DNA from: Guillardia theta CCMP2712
Lineage: Eukaryota; Protista; Cryptophyta
Length of the DNA: 64,000 bases
Assembly (NCBI RefSeq): GCF_000315625.1
Contig: NW_005434637.1
Coordinates: 381,985 to 445,984 of the forward strand
Direction: 5' to 3'
Below the pieces are notes generated by a model. That model saw nothing but the letters and a program-made list of their open reading frames with translations, was not told the DNA's origin and ran no database searches. The position numbers and the translations under genes were made by a program. This document shows positions 16,663 to 29,589 of this stretch, piece by piece (the stretch's first letter is position 1; each line of letters begins with the position of its first letter).

Positions 16663-19600
16663 ACTTGTTGGCTCTATTGTCACCTTCGTTGATCTCGAGG
16701 CGCTTGGAGTTCCTGAAGAGGCAAGGTCTGCTTCCTCCTCCTCCTCCTCCTCCTCCTCCTCCTCCTCCTCCTCCTCCTCCCATCCAGGCTCAGATCTTCC
16801 CATGATTCGTTCTTTCTCTCCTTTCGCCTCAGCGCTCCTCGACTGCAGCAGCAGCAGCAGCTCCTCTATCACGCTCACGCTCAACATCATCGAACTGAAT
16901 CGCTCGAATGAGACCGAATTCTCCATCTTCATCAGCCTGTATTTCGCCTCTGCTGCAACCTGTATGCGCAGGCTCCTTTCAAACCCTCTCGTCATCTCCT
17001 TGACCTCACTCTCCAAGTTTTCTCCCTCATCCCTCAGGATCTTTGCTATCTTGATCGACTTGTCCAACTTGTCTGCCAACTCCCGACAAGTCAACAAGTT
17101 CCATCGCATGTCTCGCAGCAACACTCCCTCCATCACCATCACCTCTTCAACCTCTTGGACACACCTCGACACTTCCGAGCACAAACTGCCTGCTGTCTCC
17201 TCCAGACACTGAATCCTTGCTCCCATCGTCCATCGCAAACACTCTCCCCGCCTCCGCTCCTCCTCCAGCTGCCCTGCCAGCTCTCCTCCCCGCCTCCGCT
17301 CCTCCTCCAGCTCGCCTGCCAGCTCTCCTCCCCGCCTCCGCTCCTCCTCCAGCTGCCCTGCCAGCTCTCCTCCCCGCCTCCGCTCCTCCTCCAGCTGCCC
17401 TGCCAGCTCTCCTCCCCGCCTCCGCTCCTCCTCCAGCTGCCCTGCCAGCTCTCCTCCCCGCCTCCGCTCCTCCTCCAGCTGCCCTGCCAGCTCTCCTCCC
17501 CGCCTCCGCTCCTCCTCCAGCTGCCCTGCCAGCTCTCCTCCCCGCCTCCGCTCCTCCTCCAGCTGCCCTGCCAGCTCTCCTCCCCGCCTCCGCTCCTCCT
17601 CCAGCTCGCCTGCCAGCTCGCCTGCCAGCTCTCCTCCCCGCCTCCGCTCCTCCTCCAGCTCGCCTGCCAGCTCTCCTCCCCGCCTCCGCTCCTCCTCCAG
17701 CTCGCCTGTCAGCTCTCCTCCCCGCCTCCGCTCCTCTTCCAGCTGTTTCTCTAGCCGTCTGATGCGGATCGGATCCTCCTGTCTGCTCAAAGAGAAGTTT
17801 GCCAGCAGGTCAACCAAGGAGGAAAGGCGATCATCGATGTCGAGCAGCTGTGAGGAGAAGCAAGACAAGCCAGCTCCGAGGGCTCTCATGCCCTCGTCGA
17901 AGCTTCTCTCCTCCTCCATCTGCTTGCACAGCAAGCTCTTCACATGATCAAGCATGCTTTCAAGGACTTGATTGTTGGCGTTAGCGATCGTCTCTGCCTC
18001 GCCTTTCAGGCACTTGACCTCACTGAGCAGCAGTCTGACATCTCGTTTGACAAGCGCGATGTCAACAGAAGCATCGCCTGTTCTCCTGCCTCCTTCCGAG
18101 TTTGAATTACAACCAGCTTGTCCTGCCGCTGTCGTTCTCGCCATCATCGAGCTGCTCTGCCCATCTTTCTCCTCATAATTGTCGCAGTTGACAACTGCAC
18201 CTTCATCTGCAATTTGATCCCTCTGCGAGCCCACGACAAGCATGCCAGATTGACTTGACAACATCGATGAGCTCTGAATGGACTCAAGTTTGCCGTCATC
18301 GCCTTTGATTCTGTTGATCAGGTTTGCATCTTCGACTGTGACCTCCTCCAAGTCTGCAGGTCGAGGAGCTGAAGAGATGAACATGTGAGTTTACCAAACC
18401 TCCGACAGAGATATTGTCACCATGTGAACACTTGGCTCCATGCTTCCTGCGTACATAACACGTCATAACCATGTCATGATGGTCGACACCCTTCCGACTT
18501 CATCACAACCATTCTTATCTACCACCATTCTTATCTCTTCTCACATCATCATCATCATATTTACCATCACCAACATCTACTCTCATCACAACCATTGTTA
18601 TCGCAATCTCACCTTCTCTTCCCTTCTTCGACGTAAAATCGCAGCATGTCAAGCACTCTGCTCCCTTCAAAGAGCTCGTTCTGGAGCTGCAGGTTCTGCA
18701 TATCGAGGCGGGCCATCATTCCCATCGTCAACACCACCTCGTCCCTCCCTTTCCCCCTCTCCCTTCCTCCTCCTCCTCCTCCTCCTTCTCCTCCCACCTT
18801 CACTCGCAACTTGTCGTTCTCTCTCATCAGCTCTTCCTCCGAAGGAGACCTGAACGTCTTCTGCTGACACGTCAGCACAACAACTGAAGCTCTTCTTCCT
18901 CTCACCATCGATCTCAGCATTCCCTTCTTGCCGCCGGAGACAGGAACATCGCTGCTATGGACATCAATCAGAACCGCTGGCACTATCAGGGACACGTCAA
19001 GTCTCACTCGCTGTTCAACATGCTGGAAGTCATGTAGTGGTTCATCCTCTGCAGCTTCTTGATCTGGATCTCTCTCACTCCTCCACCTTCCTCCTCCTCA
19101 GCCCTCACCTTGCTCAACTGAGCCGCACTCTCATCTCTCAGCTTGTTGTTCTCGTTCTGCCAACGTCCCCCCGTCATCCCACCAAGTTCGTCAGCATCCA
19201 TGGGCGGCAGACCTGCAGCTCCAACGCGGTCTGAAGCAGCTCAGACACGTCTTTCTCTCTCGCTGCCCTCTCAGCCGCTACTGAAGCATTCCTCCTCTTC
19301 TCACGAAGGTGCAAGGCCCTTCCTTCGTCCAACACAGCTCGCAGTCGGCGTCTCAAGACGTAAAGTGAAGACATCGCTGCAGCGCAAGCCTCCATCGCAC
19401 ACAGTTGATCTCCCTGTGGCTGATCTCAAACAACCCTCCTCGTCGTCGTCGTCGTCGTCGCCCCCCCCCCCCCCCCCCAAACTTTTCATTCCTACCGTGA
19501 TTTCGGCACTCTCGTCAAACTCAAACTCCAGCACATACTCAGAGTCTGTCGCACATGGACATCAAGGGAGCAGATCAAGATAACAGTTCTCACCATCCTG

Positions 19601-20489
19601 CTCTTCTCCGTTTGTTTGCATACAAGGCACGTACATCAAAGTCCGCGATTCCATACAGGTGCTGGGACAGGAGCTTCCTGACATGCAAGCTGCCCTCGCA
19701 CTGAGGCAAAGTGACAAACAAGTGCCGTCAGCGAGCATCGGTCAACCTGGCGGCCTACCTGCAGAAATCTTGAATCTCATGCTGCGCGTCCTCCTTTCCG
19801 TTTGAGTGCCCACAGACAAAGTCCGCGGACGATCCGCCTGAGATGCGGTACAATCGCACCGATGGCGTATTGCACACAAAGCTCAGTTGTCGCAGATCGA
19901 ATGGGGTTGACAAGATCTCTTCCGACGTGTCTGGGTTCAGCATCGTCGTCTCCCATGCCCCCAGGCTCTCGTTCATACTCGATATCTGCGTTTGTATCCA
20001 GTGCATAGCCTTGCTGACCTCTCTCTTCCCACCCTCGGATATCAAACTGCCTTGACCTGCAAACGGCTGGCCACCAAGGTCGCGATGCCTCAGGGACTCT
20101 GCTTTGCTCGTTTCCTTTGACCTGCAATAAAAAACTTTATCAGACTGAAGAGAGACGGGCTGGAAACAAAACCTCGAAGCTTGCTCTTCTCTCACTGGCG
20201 TGGCAGTGTGTACTTGCGACCCGTTCTCCTCCTTTGCCGTGGCGCTCTTGGTGTATTTCAAACACTTATCCACGGCAACTTTCATGGCAGGCTTGCGAGT
20301 CGCAGGCTTGCGAGAGCGTATGTAGAGGGAATCTTTTTGCTCATCCGCGCATCCTACCAACTGGTTCATCTCATTGGATGAAATGACCGCCAAGGGTGCT
20401 CGCTCGGCCCTACAAAGAGCGATGTCTGCACACTTCATCCTTCCTGGATCAGAGCCAGGGAGGCCCTCCTGTTGCTTGCCCATGACCAT
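15571..20489 (-). CDS. Large multi-exon coiled-coil protein with a 14-aa tandem repeat (may be more than one gene)
   Basis: 884-aa open stretch at 15730-18384 plus E/K/L/R-rich flanking exons. The last exon ends with TGA at 15571-15573. Confidence 0.55.
17243..17745 (-). repeat. 42-bp coding minisatellite, (LEEERRRGGELAGQ/E) about 12 times
   Basis: Visible tandem units with one in-frame 12-bp internal duplication. Confidence 0.95.
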
Positions 20490-20850
20490 GTGATATCGGA
20501 GATCTCAGTCCTCTTGACCTCTCCAGCAAGGTAGCACCGTCCTCCCCCTCCTCCCTCTCGCATCCGATGCTGCCACCATGGCCCACAGGCGTGTAGGCGA
20601 TTCGAAAACCAGGAGGCCCTCATCTCCGCTCCGACCAACTAACCTTTTTTCCGGGCCTGCCTCATTTACTGTCCTTTATGAGATGACCACCCCTACCCCC
20701 CCTTATCCCCAAGAGATGACCACTGGTTTGTTAGGGCAACTTCCCCGCCACGTGCTATGTCCCCGATCTGAGGGAACCGGCGCACCTACCGCTCCTCCTC
20801 TTCCGCCGCCACCCGCCTGTTGCTGAGTTACCTTCTCCTACCCGCACGCC

Positions 20851-22812
20851 ATGGACCCCAAGACACATCAGCTCCTGCTCCGAGACGAGCAGGGATTGAA
20901 GCTCAAGGCAGGTCCCTCCACCGCAAGCTACCAGTACGACTACAATGCCGCACAGTCCTTTGCCCTGTGTCACGCGAAGATTGACGTCGAGTACTCTCCC
21001 GATGGGTCACTCGTCGCTGCGATCGATTCTGACAATGCCGTGGTGGTGGTGTACGACACGATCAGCGGAAAGGAGCAGTGCAGGATCAAGTCGAGTGCTG
21101 CTGTTGCCTCATTCTCTCCCTTGGGCAGTTTCCTGCTGACGTGGGAGAGGCTAACTGATGACCTGCAGAAGAGTGGGGGGAACCTCCGTGTGTGGGACAG
21201 CAAGAGTGGCGCTGAGCTCTCAGCATTCAGCCAGAAGAATTTCAGCAAGGAGAGTTGGCCTTACCTCAAGTGGACGTCGGACGAGTTGATTGCCTGCATG
21301 CAGATCACCAATGGAGTGCACCTTTACAACGGCAAGGACATCAAGAAGGGCGTGCTTGCTAAGATCGAGCAAGAGAAGCTGAGCGCCTTCAGCGTTGCAC
21401 CCGGCCCTCTGCCTTACAAGATCGCCACGTTCGTTCCGGAAGTCAAGGACCAGCCTGCAACCATGAAGCTTTTCTCCTATCCCAATGTGACCGAGCCCGT
21501 GGCCACCAAGAAGATGTTTCGAGCAAACGATGCTTCCTTCCTGTGGAGCCCAACAGGGACAGCCGTTGTGATCCGCACGAGCACGGATGTCGACTCCACC
21601 GGGAAGAGCTACTACGGGGAGTCCAAGCTTACCTTCTTCTCGGCTGACGGGAGAACGGAGGGCAATGTGGCTCTGTCCAAGGAGGGGCCCATCCATGATG
21701 TAGCCTGGAGCCCGTCAGGAAAGGAATTCGTCGTAGTCTACGGATTCATGCCAGCCAAGGCCACTCTCTTCGATGAGAAGTGCAAGGCCATTTTCGACTT
21801 TGGCACCGGCTCGAGGAACACGATATCCTGGGCACCTCACGGTAGATTCTTGCTCCTTGGAGGATTTGGAAACATCTCTGGAAATCTGGAGTTTTGGGAC
21901 AACAACAGGAAGAAGTTGATAGCGAATGTGAAGGCACCTGGCACGACCAACTGGTCCTGGTCTCCCTGTTCGCGGTATTTCCTCACAGCAACGCTGTTCC
22001 CAAGACTGAGGGTGGACAACGGCTTCACGATCTTCAAGTATGACGGCACTAGCGTTCACCAGGAGAAGCTTCCTCATCAACTCTACCAGATCTCCTGGAG
22101 ACCCAGCAAGGCTGGAACGTTCCCTGATCGACCTGCAAGCCCGGGGGCTGGGGGCAAGTCTGCAACCTCGACCTCGAGCAACGAGCCTGCGGCACCCAAG
22201 GCTTACGTCCCTCCCCATCTGCGAGGGAAGGACAACGCAGGGAATGCCAGGCCGACGTTCTCCCTGCATGACTACGAGCAAGCGTCCAAGGTCGGCGGCA
22301 ACACCTCAGCGCTGGGTCGGCAGCTTCCTCCTGGCGCCTATGAGGACGAGCATCAGATCAGCAAGTCTGCCATGAAGAAGAAGAAGGCCAAGGAGAAGGC
22401 TCAGCGAGAACAGGAGGCAGCACAAGCTCTTGCTGAGACGCAGAAGGCGCTTGCTGCTGCAGGGATCGACAGTGTGCCAAACCAGAACGCTAAGCAAGAT
22501 GATGGACCGAAGAGTTACACCAATGAGGAAGAGATCAACAAGAGAATCAAAGCTGTGAATAAGAAGATCAAGCAGGTGAGTTGGTTGAGGTTGATGTCTG
22601 CTCACCGATGTGACGAACTTTCCAAAGGCTGAGGCATTGAGGGAAGACGAGAAGTCAGGGAAGGAGTTGAATGCCGATCAGAAGAAGAAGATTGAAAGTA
22701 TATCCGAGATGCAGGTTCGAGCTTGTTTGTCAGGAGTGCAATCCTCACTGTTATGCGCCAACAGAAGGAGATCGAGGAGCTCAACAAGGCATTGCAGAAT
22801 GTACAAGGTTGA
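20851..22812 (+). CDS. EIF2A: Eukaryotic translation initiation factor 2A (two short 3' introns)
   Basis: Beta-propeller motifs TDVDSTGKSYYGE, GPIHDVAWSP, GFGNISG, PRLRVDNG, AYVPPHLR. C-terminal coiled coil KIKQ|AEALRE...ELNADQKKKI. Confidence 0.95.
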
Positions 22813-22911
22813 GTATGATGTGATCATTACAACGCCCGCTTCTGTAACCTCAACACAAATAAACGAACAAAATGCTCGAGTTTTACAGGTTATGAATCTC
22901 AAGATGTACAT

Positions 22912-24728
22912 CTACATCTGGTCCCAAACGCCGATACCGGTTATTCCCTTGGGGCTATACAACCTACACCCCCCAATGGTCGTCACTCGACGGCCGTGGT
23001 TGGCGTAGAAGTAATACGCACTCCAATCGTCTGTTTCCACTGCGAGAATATGCCTGCTGCAGTGCAAGATGTTGTGCATGAGGGAGATGCTGTCGATGAT
23101 CGGCGACATGATAATCATGTTGTTTACCTGCAGCTATAGGGATCACAGTACCAGCAGCTCCTCTTGTACACCTGTTGGACATGGCGTCGTTCAGAGCTCG
23201 TCCGGGTCCCATTCGCATGCTGCCAGGGTTGCTGATAGATAGAGTCGGGATCGATGTTCATTTGAAAAGTAAACCATGTTGTAAGTGCAGCCAGGTCCGC
23301 TCTGACCGGCCATCTTGGCATGACACGAGCCCTGAGCTCATTGATCGGCCGGGGACCGCAGGCTCTAGAGTGGTCGCTTGCGATGACCTGCCACATTGAG
23401 GGCAGGAAGTTCCGAGTTTGGGGCCGCCGGTCAGGTGAGTTCACCTCTGTGTCATGAGAATGGGTAGTTCACTTGGATAACCTAGGGGTAGTGTGTGTTC
23501 AAGGCAGTGTTGGCGCTGTGGGAGTCTTCCCTTTGAAGACTTGGGCCCCGACAAACATACTGGATCCCCTCCACGGACGTTGGTTTGCCTCCTGTGCTAA
23601 CTGCCCTCGATCTGCATTCAGATCGTCAACAAGTCGTGGCGCCACGTTCACCCCGTGCCAAGTTGTGACCGACGAGGTTCGTCCATGCCTTCACCGCCAG
23701 GCGAGTGCCGTTACCCGCGGCGTGGAGGTCCCTTCCTCTATGGGGGAAGCTCCGTGAAGCTGGGAGGAAGCGTTCTCTACGGGAAGAGGGAAGGAGACGA
23801 AGATAAGGAAACGAGAAGGATTGTTACAAGCCCGGCTGCTTCCACAGCCTTTGCGACCAAGTTTAGCAGCCCACTGTACATGCGAAAGGAATCTACAAGG
23901 AGACTTGATGCAGACTCGTCAACCTCGGCGAGGAGGGTGAGCGGTAGGATGAGCTGGAAGAGGCGACGAAGAGCTGCAGGTTTGCCCACAGTGACAAGCT
24001 GTACATCGACGAGTCACAGCCAGTCCAGTGGCGGACACCAAAAACGCCCGAACAGTTAAAAGTTCAACTCATTCTTCACGATCAGTACTGATTTAATGCA
24101 ACTGAGATGTCATAGAGCACAACCTAACCCAATTCACCGACTTACAATCCTGCGATCTTGAGGCCAGCGTGGTCATCCTGTCAAACTTGGTCAGCATCAA
24201 CCGCAACCCTGTCACTTCAAGGACCTGGGCAGAGTAGTTGGAGCCAGGGATGAGGGATCCCTCAGCCCATGGCTGGGAGCCACGGGAGCTGACGTTGATG
24301 CGGGTTCCAGTAACGTTCCAGTGAAGAGAAGTGAACTGCAGGAATTTCATCGTCAGTTTGACGCCAGCATTCAAATTTTCACATTGTGCTGTGGCAACAC
24401 TTGCAATCGCGGATTCAAACAGAGAGCCACTTCGAAGCAACAGGCAACATGAAGGAATGTTCGAGTGGGAATACTAAGTATATCAGGAGGAAGTGATGAC
24501 AGTCGAATCCTGCCAATCTTGATTTCTTCGAAGATGAGAGGCGACGATGCGAAGGTGCCGTTTGATCAGGAAACACAACATATGGGCAGGGAGGAAGGGT
24601 GACGAAAAGAGGAACAGCAAGCTGCACAAAGTTCTAACAGGTTCATATCAAAGATCTCATGCCATCACAAGAAGCAGGAGAGGCAGCGTGCGCGCAACGC
24701 CTCTGCCCATTGTCGTATGTCTCACCAT
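22912..24728 (-). CDS. Hypothetical secreted or membrane-anchored multi-exon protein
   Basis: Spliced N-terminus MVRHTTMGRGVARTLPLLLLLAVPLFVTLP is signal-like. The last exon reads VNNMIIMSP...GVWDQM*. No family recognised. Confidence 0.4.
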
Positions 24729-25261
24729 TGTCGGCCTTGTGCTTCTTAAGAGACGCCGCAGGAAAAAAGAATGGCTCTTCGAAATCCGTTACATACACGT
24801 TGCAAAGCAGTTGTCGTCTGTAACTGCAGTACAACCGTTAGATATTGTAACGGCTCGAAACAACCGACATTGTCGTGGGTGAGGTGAGGACTGAGTAGCC
24901 TGTAGGGGCAGGGGAGTAGAAGGCGAGATGGTTGAGGAGATCAGCAGAGAGCATGTCGAAGAGGAGGAGGAGAAGGTGGACAGAGGAGGCCAAGGGGAAG
25001 GAGAGGGATAGAGGAAGGGGGAGAGGAAAGTGAGGTCATGCCTAGGGAACAAGCATGCAGCCAGGGCATGGGACCAGAATAGACGAGGTCAAAAAACGAG
25101 TTGGAGAGGAGCGAATCATGATTGAAAGAGGGGAAGGAAGGAGTGGAAGGATTGCTTGGAATATGCACCACAAAATCTGACGTCGTCCTCATAGATGATG
25201 AAATTCACGGAACCATCTTGATCAGAGCAGATGCGAGAGGTGTAATCTCTACCGCGAGACC

Positions 25262-28233
25262 ATGCAGGGGTTGAAAGAGGAAGCCACGATGGTGCCTGGT
25301 GAGGTTCCTCCAGACCTTTCCAACGAGGAGGCAGAGATTGAAACCCTGTCACTCCGCGATGCTCCGGCGCTGGAGGGAGACGACTACCTAGACACTGGCC
25401 GTCGAAGTGAGGGTGGGCCCCCTCCTCTGGTAGAATCTGCCTCCCAGAACGATTTCTTGAAGGTAGACAGGAACGGAGTTCTGACAGCCCAAAGTAGAAG
25501 GAGGACTTCCAATGGAAGTCAGAAGCTAGACATCCTCATCAACGATGAAGTAGCAAGCAAGGGGTTTGGGGAGGCTAAGGACATCGACGTGGAGTACTTG
25601 CCAGGACAGGACAAGAACGCGCGGCCGTATAGCGTGCCAGGATCGGCATGGAGTGAGAGCAGATTGGACCTGGATGCCCGGAAGGATCCACAAGCTGAGG
25701 AGTTCCAGCAGATGAAGATTGCAGTGGAGCAGATCTTGGAGTTCAAGGTTCGTCAGAGAAAGGAGGCTCAAGGGGCCTTCAAATGGGACATGATCAGCCT
25801 AGCGGTCTACTTGATCTTCTTGATCATCTTCTCGGTCTACTTCATCTACGTCTACGGCGATACCCAGACTAGAATTATCTACGATACCAAATCAGCCGTG
25901 GAAAACATCGTAGCTAACTCAGGGGGCTACGGGGTACCTGCCACCTACTCTTTGTCGAGTATGGCTTATATCAATGACATCTACACCTACCTTTCGAACG
26001 TCATCGTCCCGGTGATCTCCTTGACGAACCTCACGAAGCTGGATCCCCGCTGCGAGCCTGACGGGAGGAGCAAGAACCAGATCTGCCTGACTCCGTCTAG
26101 TCCACTTTACCAAGAGAGCTTGTGCTGCCTTACAATCCAGCCAAACCCATCGGTTTTTGTCACAGGGGGGAACGTGCTGATGAACTATTTCAGGATTCGG
26201 CAGCTGAGAGTTCGACAGACCACCAACTCAAATCTCGGGGTAAAGATTGCAATGTATCCATCATTCGATGTGGATACCCAAGAGACCCATGATGGGGGCG
26301 GGACTCTGCCTACTGAAGATCCAACTGGGCTGAGAATCGACTGGCCTTCAGGCAAGAGTTGGTACAGGTACACACCCTGCTACACAGATTGTTATGTCGA
26401 AGACTCCAAGGCAACACTCCTCAACGTGTACACGTCTGGTGGATATGTTGCTTGGCTGAATGGCACCACGGAGGACATGTTGGCTGAAGTCCAGGATCTG
26501 AAGAAATACGAATTTATCGATGAATCAACAAGGGCATTGTTCATGGACTTTGCGGTATTCTTCCCCGCTCGGAACCTCTTCAGTGTCACAACAGTCTTGA
26601 TAGAGTTGACGGCAGCCGGAGGCTTCTATTCGAGCTATGTGATACGAGTGAGTGACCTGCGTCAGTCAATGTCTCAGTTGTGGATTATCTGGGAACTTTG
26701 TATCTACGGGTATGCGCTCGGGGTGTTGATGATCATCGATATTGTCAAACTCTTCAGGAGAGGGATCGCGTTCTTCAGAGATGGGTGGAACTATCTCAGC
26801 ATGGTCAAGTACTCGTTCTTCGTCTGGGGTCTCTTCATTCGAGTTACACTTGACAGCAAGATATCAAGAATAGGAGACATGGTGCCTCAAGGGGACATGG
26901 CGAACAATTTTCCGTGGCTCAGTGTAATGTACCAAGAGGATTTCTACAACCTGCTGTTTGGAGCCAGTGCTTTGCTGTCTTGGATAGGCCTGCTCAATTA
27001 CGTGGAAGCCATTTCTCCTGGAACGAGGGAGCTCACGGGGACCCTGGCTGGTTCAGCGTCGCATCTCAAGACCTTTGTGGTCTTGCTCTTCATCTTCTAT
27101 GTGGGCTACTCAAAGGCTTTCACCCTCGCGTACGGTTCGCAGCTCAAGGATTTTTCTAGCATCCAATACAGCATGATCTCGCTCTTCCAGATCATCATTG
27201 GCCAATCAGATTATCAAAGTCTTGCTAATGTCCATAGGACGGTCACTCCTATCCTCTTTATCAGCTTTGTGATCTTTCTGCTGTTTATCATGCTCAACAT
27301 GTTCCTTGCCGTGGTCATGAAGACTTATGATCAAGTCCATGAGTCCCTGGCAGACAAGTCGAAGAACTTCGTGACTGGAACAAGCCTCATGCGTCAGAAA
27401 GCAAGGGAGTTCTGGAAGACCTTGACGGTGAAGTCAGTCGATGAGCTCTTGAGCATGGTGATGCGCTTCCGACATCTGCGTTGCATGTTCATAACATCTC
27501 CATGCAGGACGAAAAGAAGGACTCGGGAAGGTTCGGAATCTACGACGTCCGCAGCGTCTTCGATCGTGAGAACTTAACGAAACGAGAGTTCCAACTGCTG
27601 TTCAGGTTGTGCGCGAGGATGTGCAAGGAGGAATTCTGAAGTTGCTGGGCAGGGGAGACGAGAAGGCGCTGGATAGGATGGGAGTCAAGACTGTGGAGGA
27701 GCTGCTATCATTCGCTGACGTATCCGGGGATCCCAAGCTTTCTGTCAATGAGGTGGAGGAGAGGAGGGGAAAAGAGGATTCCCCTCAGTGCTGAACGCCC
27801 AGCTAGGTCCGAGAGCACAGAGAGAAGATCAAGAATATGGAGAGGAATGAGGTCAAGACTCTTGAGGTGCAGCACTGTTCGGATGATCGTGCCAAGTCTT
27901 TTCTCACTGGGATGGACAGGGAGCGGACCTAGAAGGGTTGAAGCAACAGATCGCCGAGTCGATGTTGCAAGGTCTTATCTTACACTTCTCGTCTCCTCCC
28001 TCCCAGCTCACTCCCTTTGCGTGAAGCTCTACAAGCTCATGCGGAAGAGCTGAAGATCTTTGTCGAAAACCAGCTTTCTCAGGTCACCCTCCTGTTGTCA
28101 GGCTCCCAGGTCCAGCAGGTACGTCCGATCACTGTTTCACGTTACCTTCGATCTAGATGTGCAGTTCCCTCTGAGTTGTCTCTTACTTGTCGTCGTGTAG
28201 ATTCCACCACCTCCTCCAGAGGATCAAGACTGA
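25262..28233 (+). CDS. PKD2: Polycystin-2 / TRPP cation channel
   Basis: RIRQLRV, YTSGGY, FIDESTRALFMDFAVF..NLF, FFRDGWN, FIMLNMFLAVV; six TM segments; EF-hand-like ADVSGDPKLSVNE and a coiled-coil tail in short 3' exons. Confidence 0.9.
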
Positions 28234-28339
28234 AGCCTTTGTTGAAATGTGTTCCAAATGTTGATGATGTATATTTCGCGGTCGCGCCAACCTGTTGCTG
28301 TACAGGACAACTTGTGAATAGATCCAACGAATCTCATCT

Positions 28340-29486
28340 TTAATAATCCGGGTATTTGTAGTTCATCAGGACATTCTGTTCTGTCCCGCTCTTGGGGTCG
28401 TTATAATCGTCAACCACAGACTTGGGCGTCTTGTCCCAGGTGTACCCAGAAACAGGGTGCAACTGCGGAGGAATGTCAGGGCATGCCCTGCGTTCACATG
28501 GCTGTCTCTCTTCACCTTGTCATTATCCCACACATTGACCTCTCCCAGTGCCTTCGTCGAAGAGTCCTGCAGGCAAGCAGCGTGAGCGACAAGTACCAAA
28601 AGGCAGGAAGACGCAAGTTGGTAGACCTGATCGAAGGAATCGTCCTCGTAGTGTTTGAAGTTGAATGTCATCTTGTCGCCCAGCTGCAGTTCAGCGCAGT
28701 GAGCAAACAGATCACAGAGGTGAGAGGAGAACACTGGAGAGGAAAACACACACCTGCCATGAGCTGTCTTGGCTGGCGTCTGAATGATCGTCCCAGACAT
28801 TCGGCTGCAGCACATTTCACTCTAGGAACCTCCTGCTCTCCTTCACTCACCTCTCTCAAGGCCTGCGCCGGAGATTCCTTCCAATCAAAATGTTGCCAGT
28901 TGTGAAACGTCTCCTAACATTCCAACTGCGTGAGGGAACAAGAGAAACGACTGTTCAGCCCACCTTCAGTCCGTTCTTGCGCTCATCGAAGGGATACTTG
29001 TCTGGAAGGTCTTCCCAGACGTTCTTTGTATCCGCAGCCTTTGTAGGAGGGTATGGGCTCTCACCAGTCGAGTGCGAGGTGCTGCATGCAGAGACGTGTC
29101 AGGGTTCGATCAAGTTACGAGCTGCCTAGATCCTCACGTTGAAAACCCATAGCCCTCGAAGTTATCGAAAGGGTTCTTCTCAGGGGTATACGAGTAAGCA
29201 GGCGCCTTGTATCCTGCATCAAAGTCTTCTAGAGGGTTCTCTTCCGGCGTGAAAGTGTATGCCAGGCTCTGCATTCGTGCCTTTGCCAACTGTTGCAAAT
29301 CAAAGTGAGCACAGGGCGGGCAAGTAGGATGTAGGAAGCGTTGACCTGGGCCCTTCCCTTGCTGTACATCGTCACTCGTCCAGGTACAGCAGATTCAAGG
29401 TGACTGCTCGCAAACAAGAGCAGCAGGAGGAGAGTCCCTCCCGCGCCCCCGGCCGCCGCCCACACCATTCCCTCAGCTCGCGCCAT
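28340..29486 (-). CDS. Orphan type-II membrane or secreted protein with internal YxxTPExNP and NVW[DE] repeats (~8 exons)
   Basis: Signal-anchor GGTLLLLLLFAS. Exons join in frame through GT-AG introns to a TAA at 28340-28342. Confidence 0.65.
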
Positions 29487-29589
29487 TGCGCGAAGAGCCG
29501 TAACGGTTACCTGGTCCGTTGTATTACCAGTTACACAGCGGTTAACAAACATGTTTGACTGTTATGACCGTTACATAGTTTGTGGCAGC

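Noticed and set aside
17155-17762. Plus-strand repeat ORFs (PPPLLLQL / PASAPPP) and a possible CRISPR-like array
   Set aside because: Antisense frames of the 42-bp coding repeat. There are no unique spacers, no cas genes, and the context is eukaryotic.
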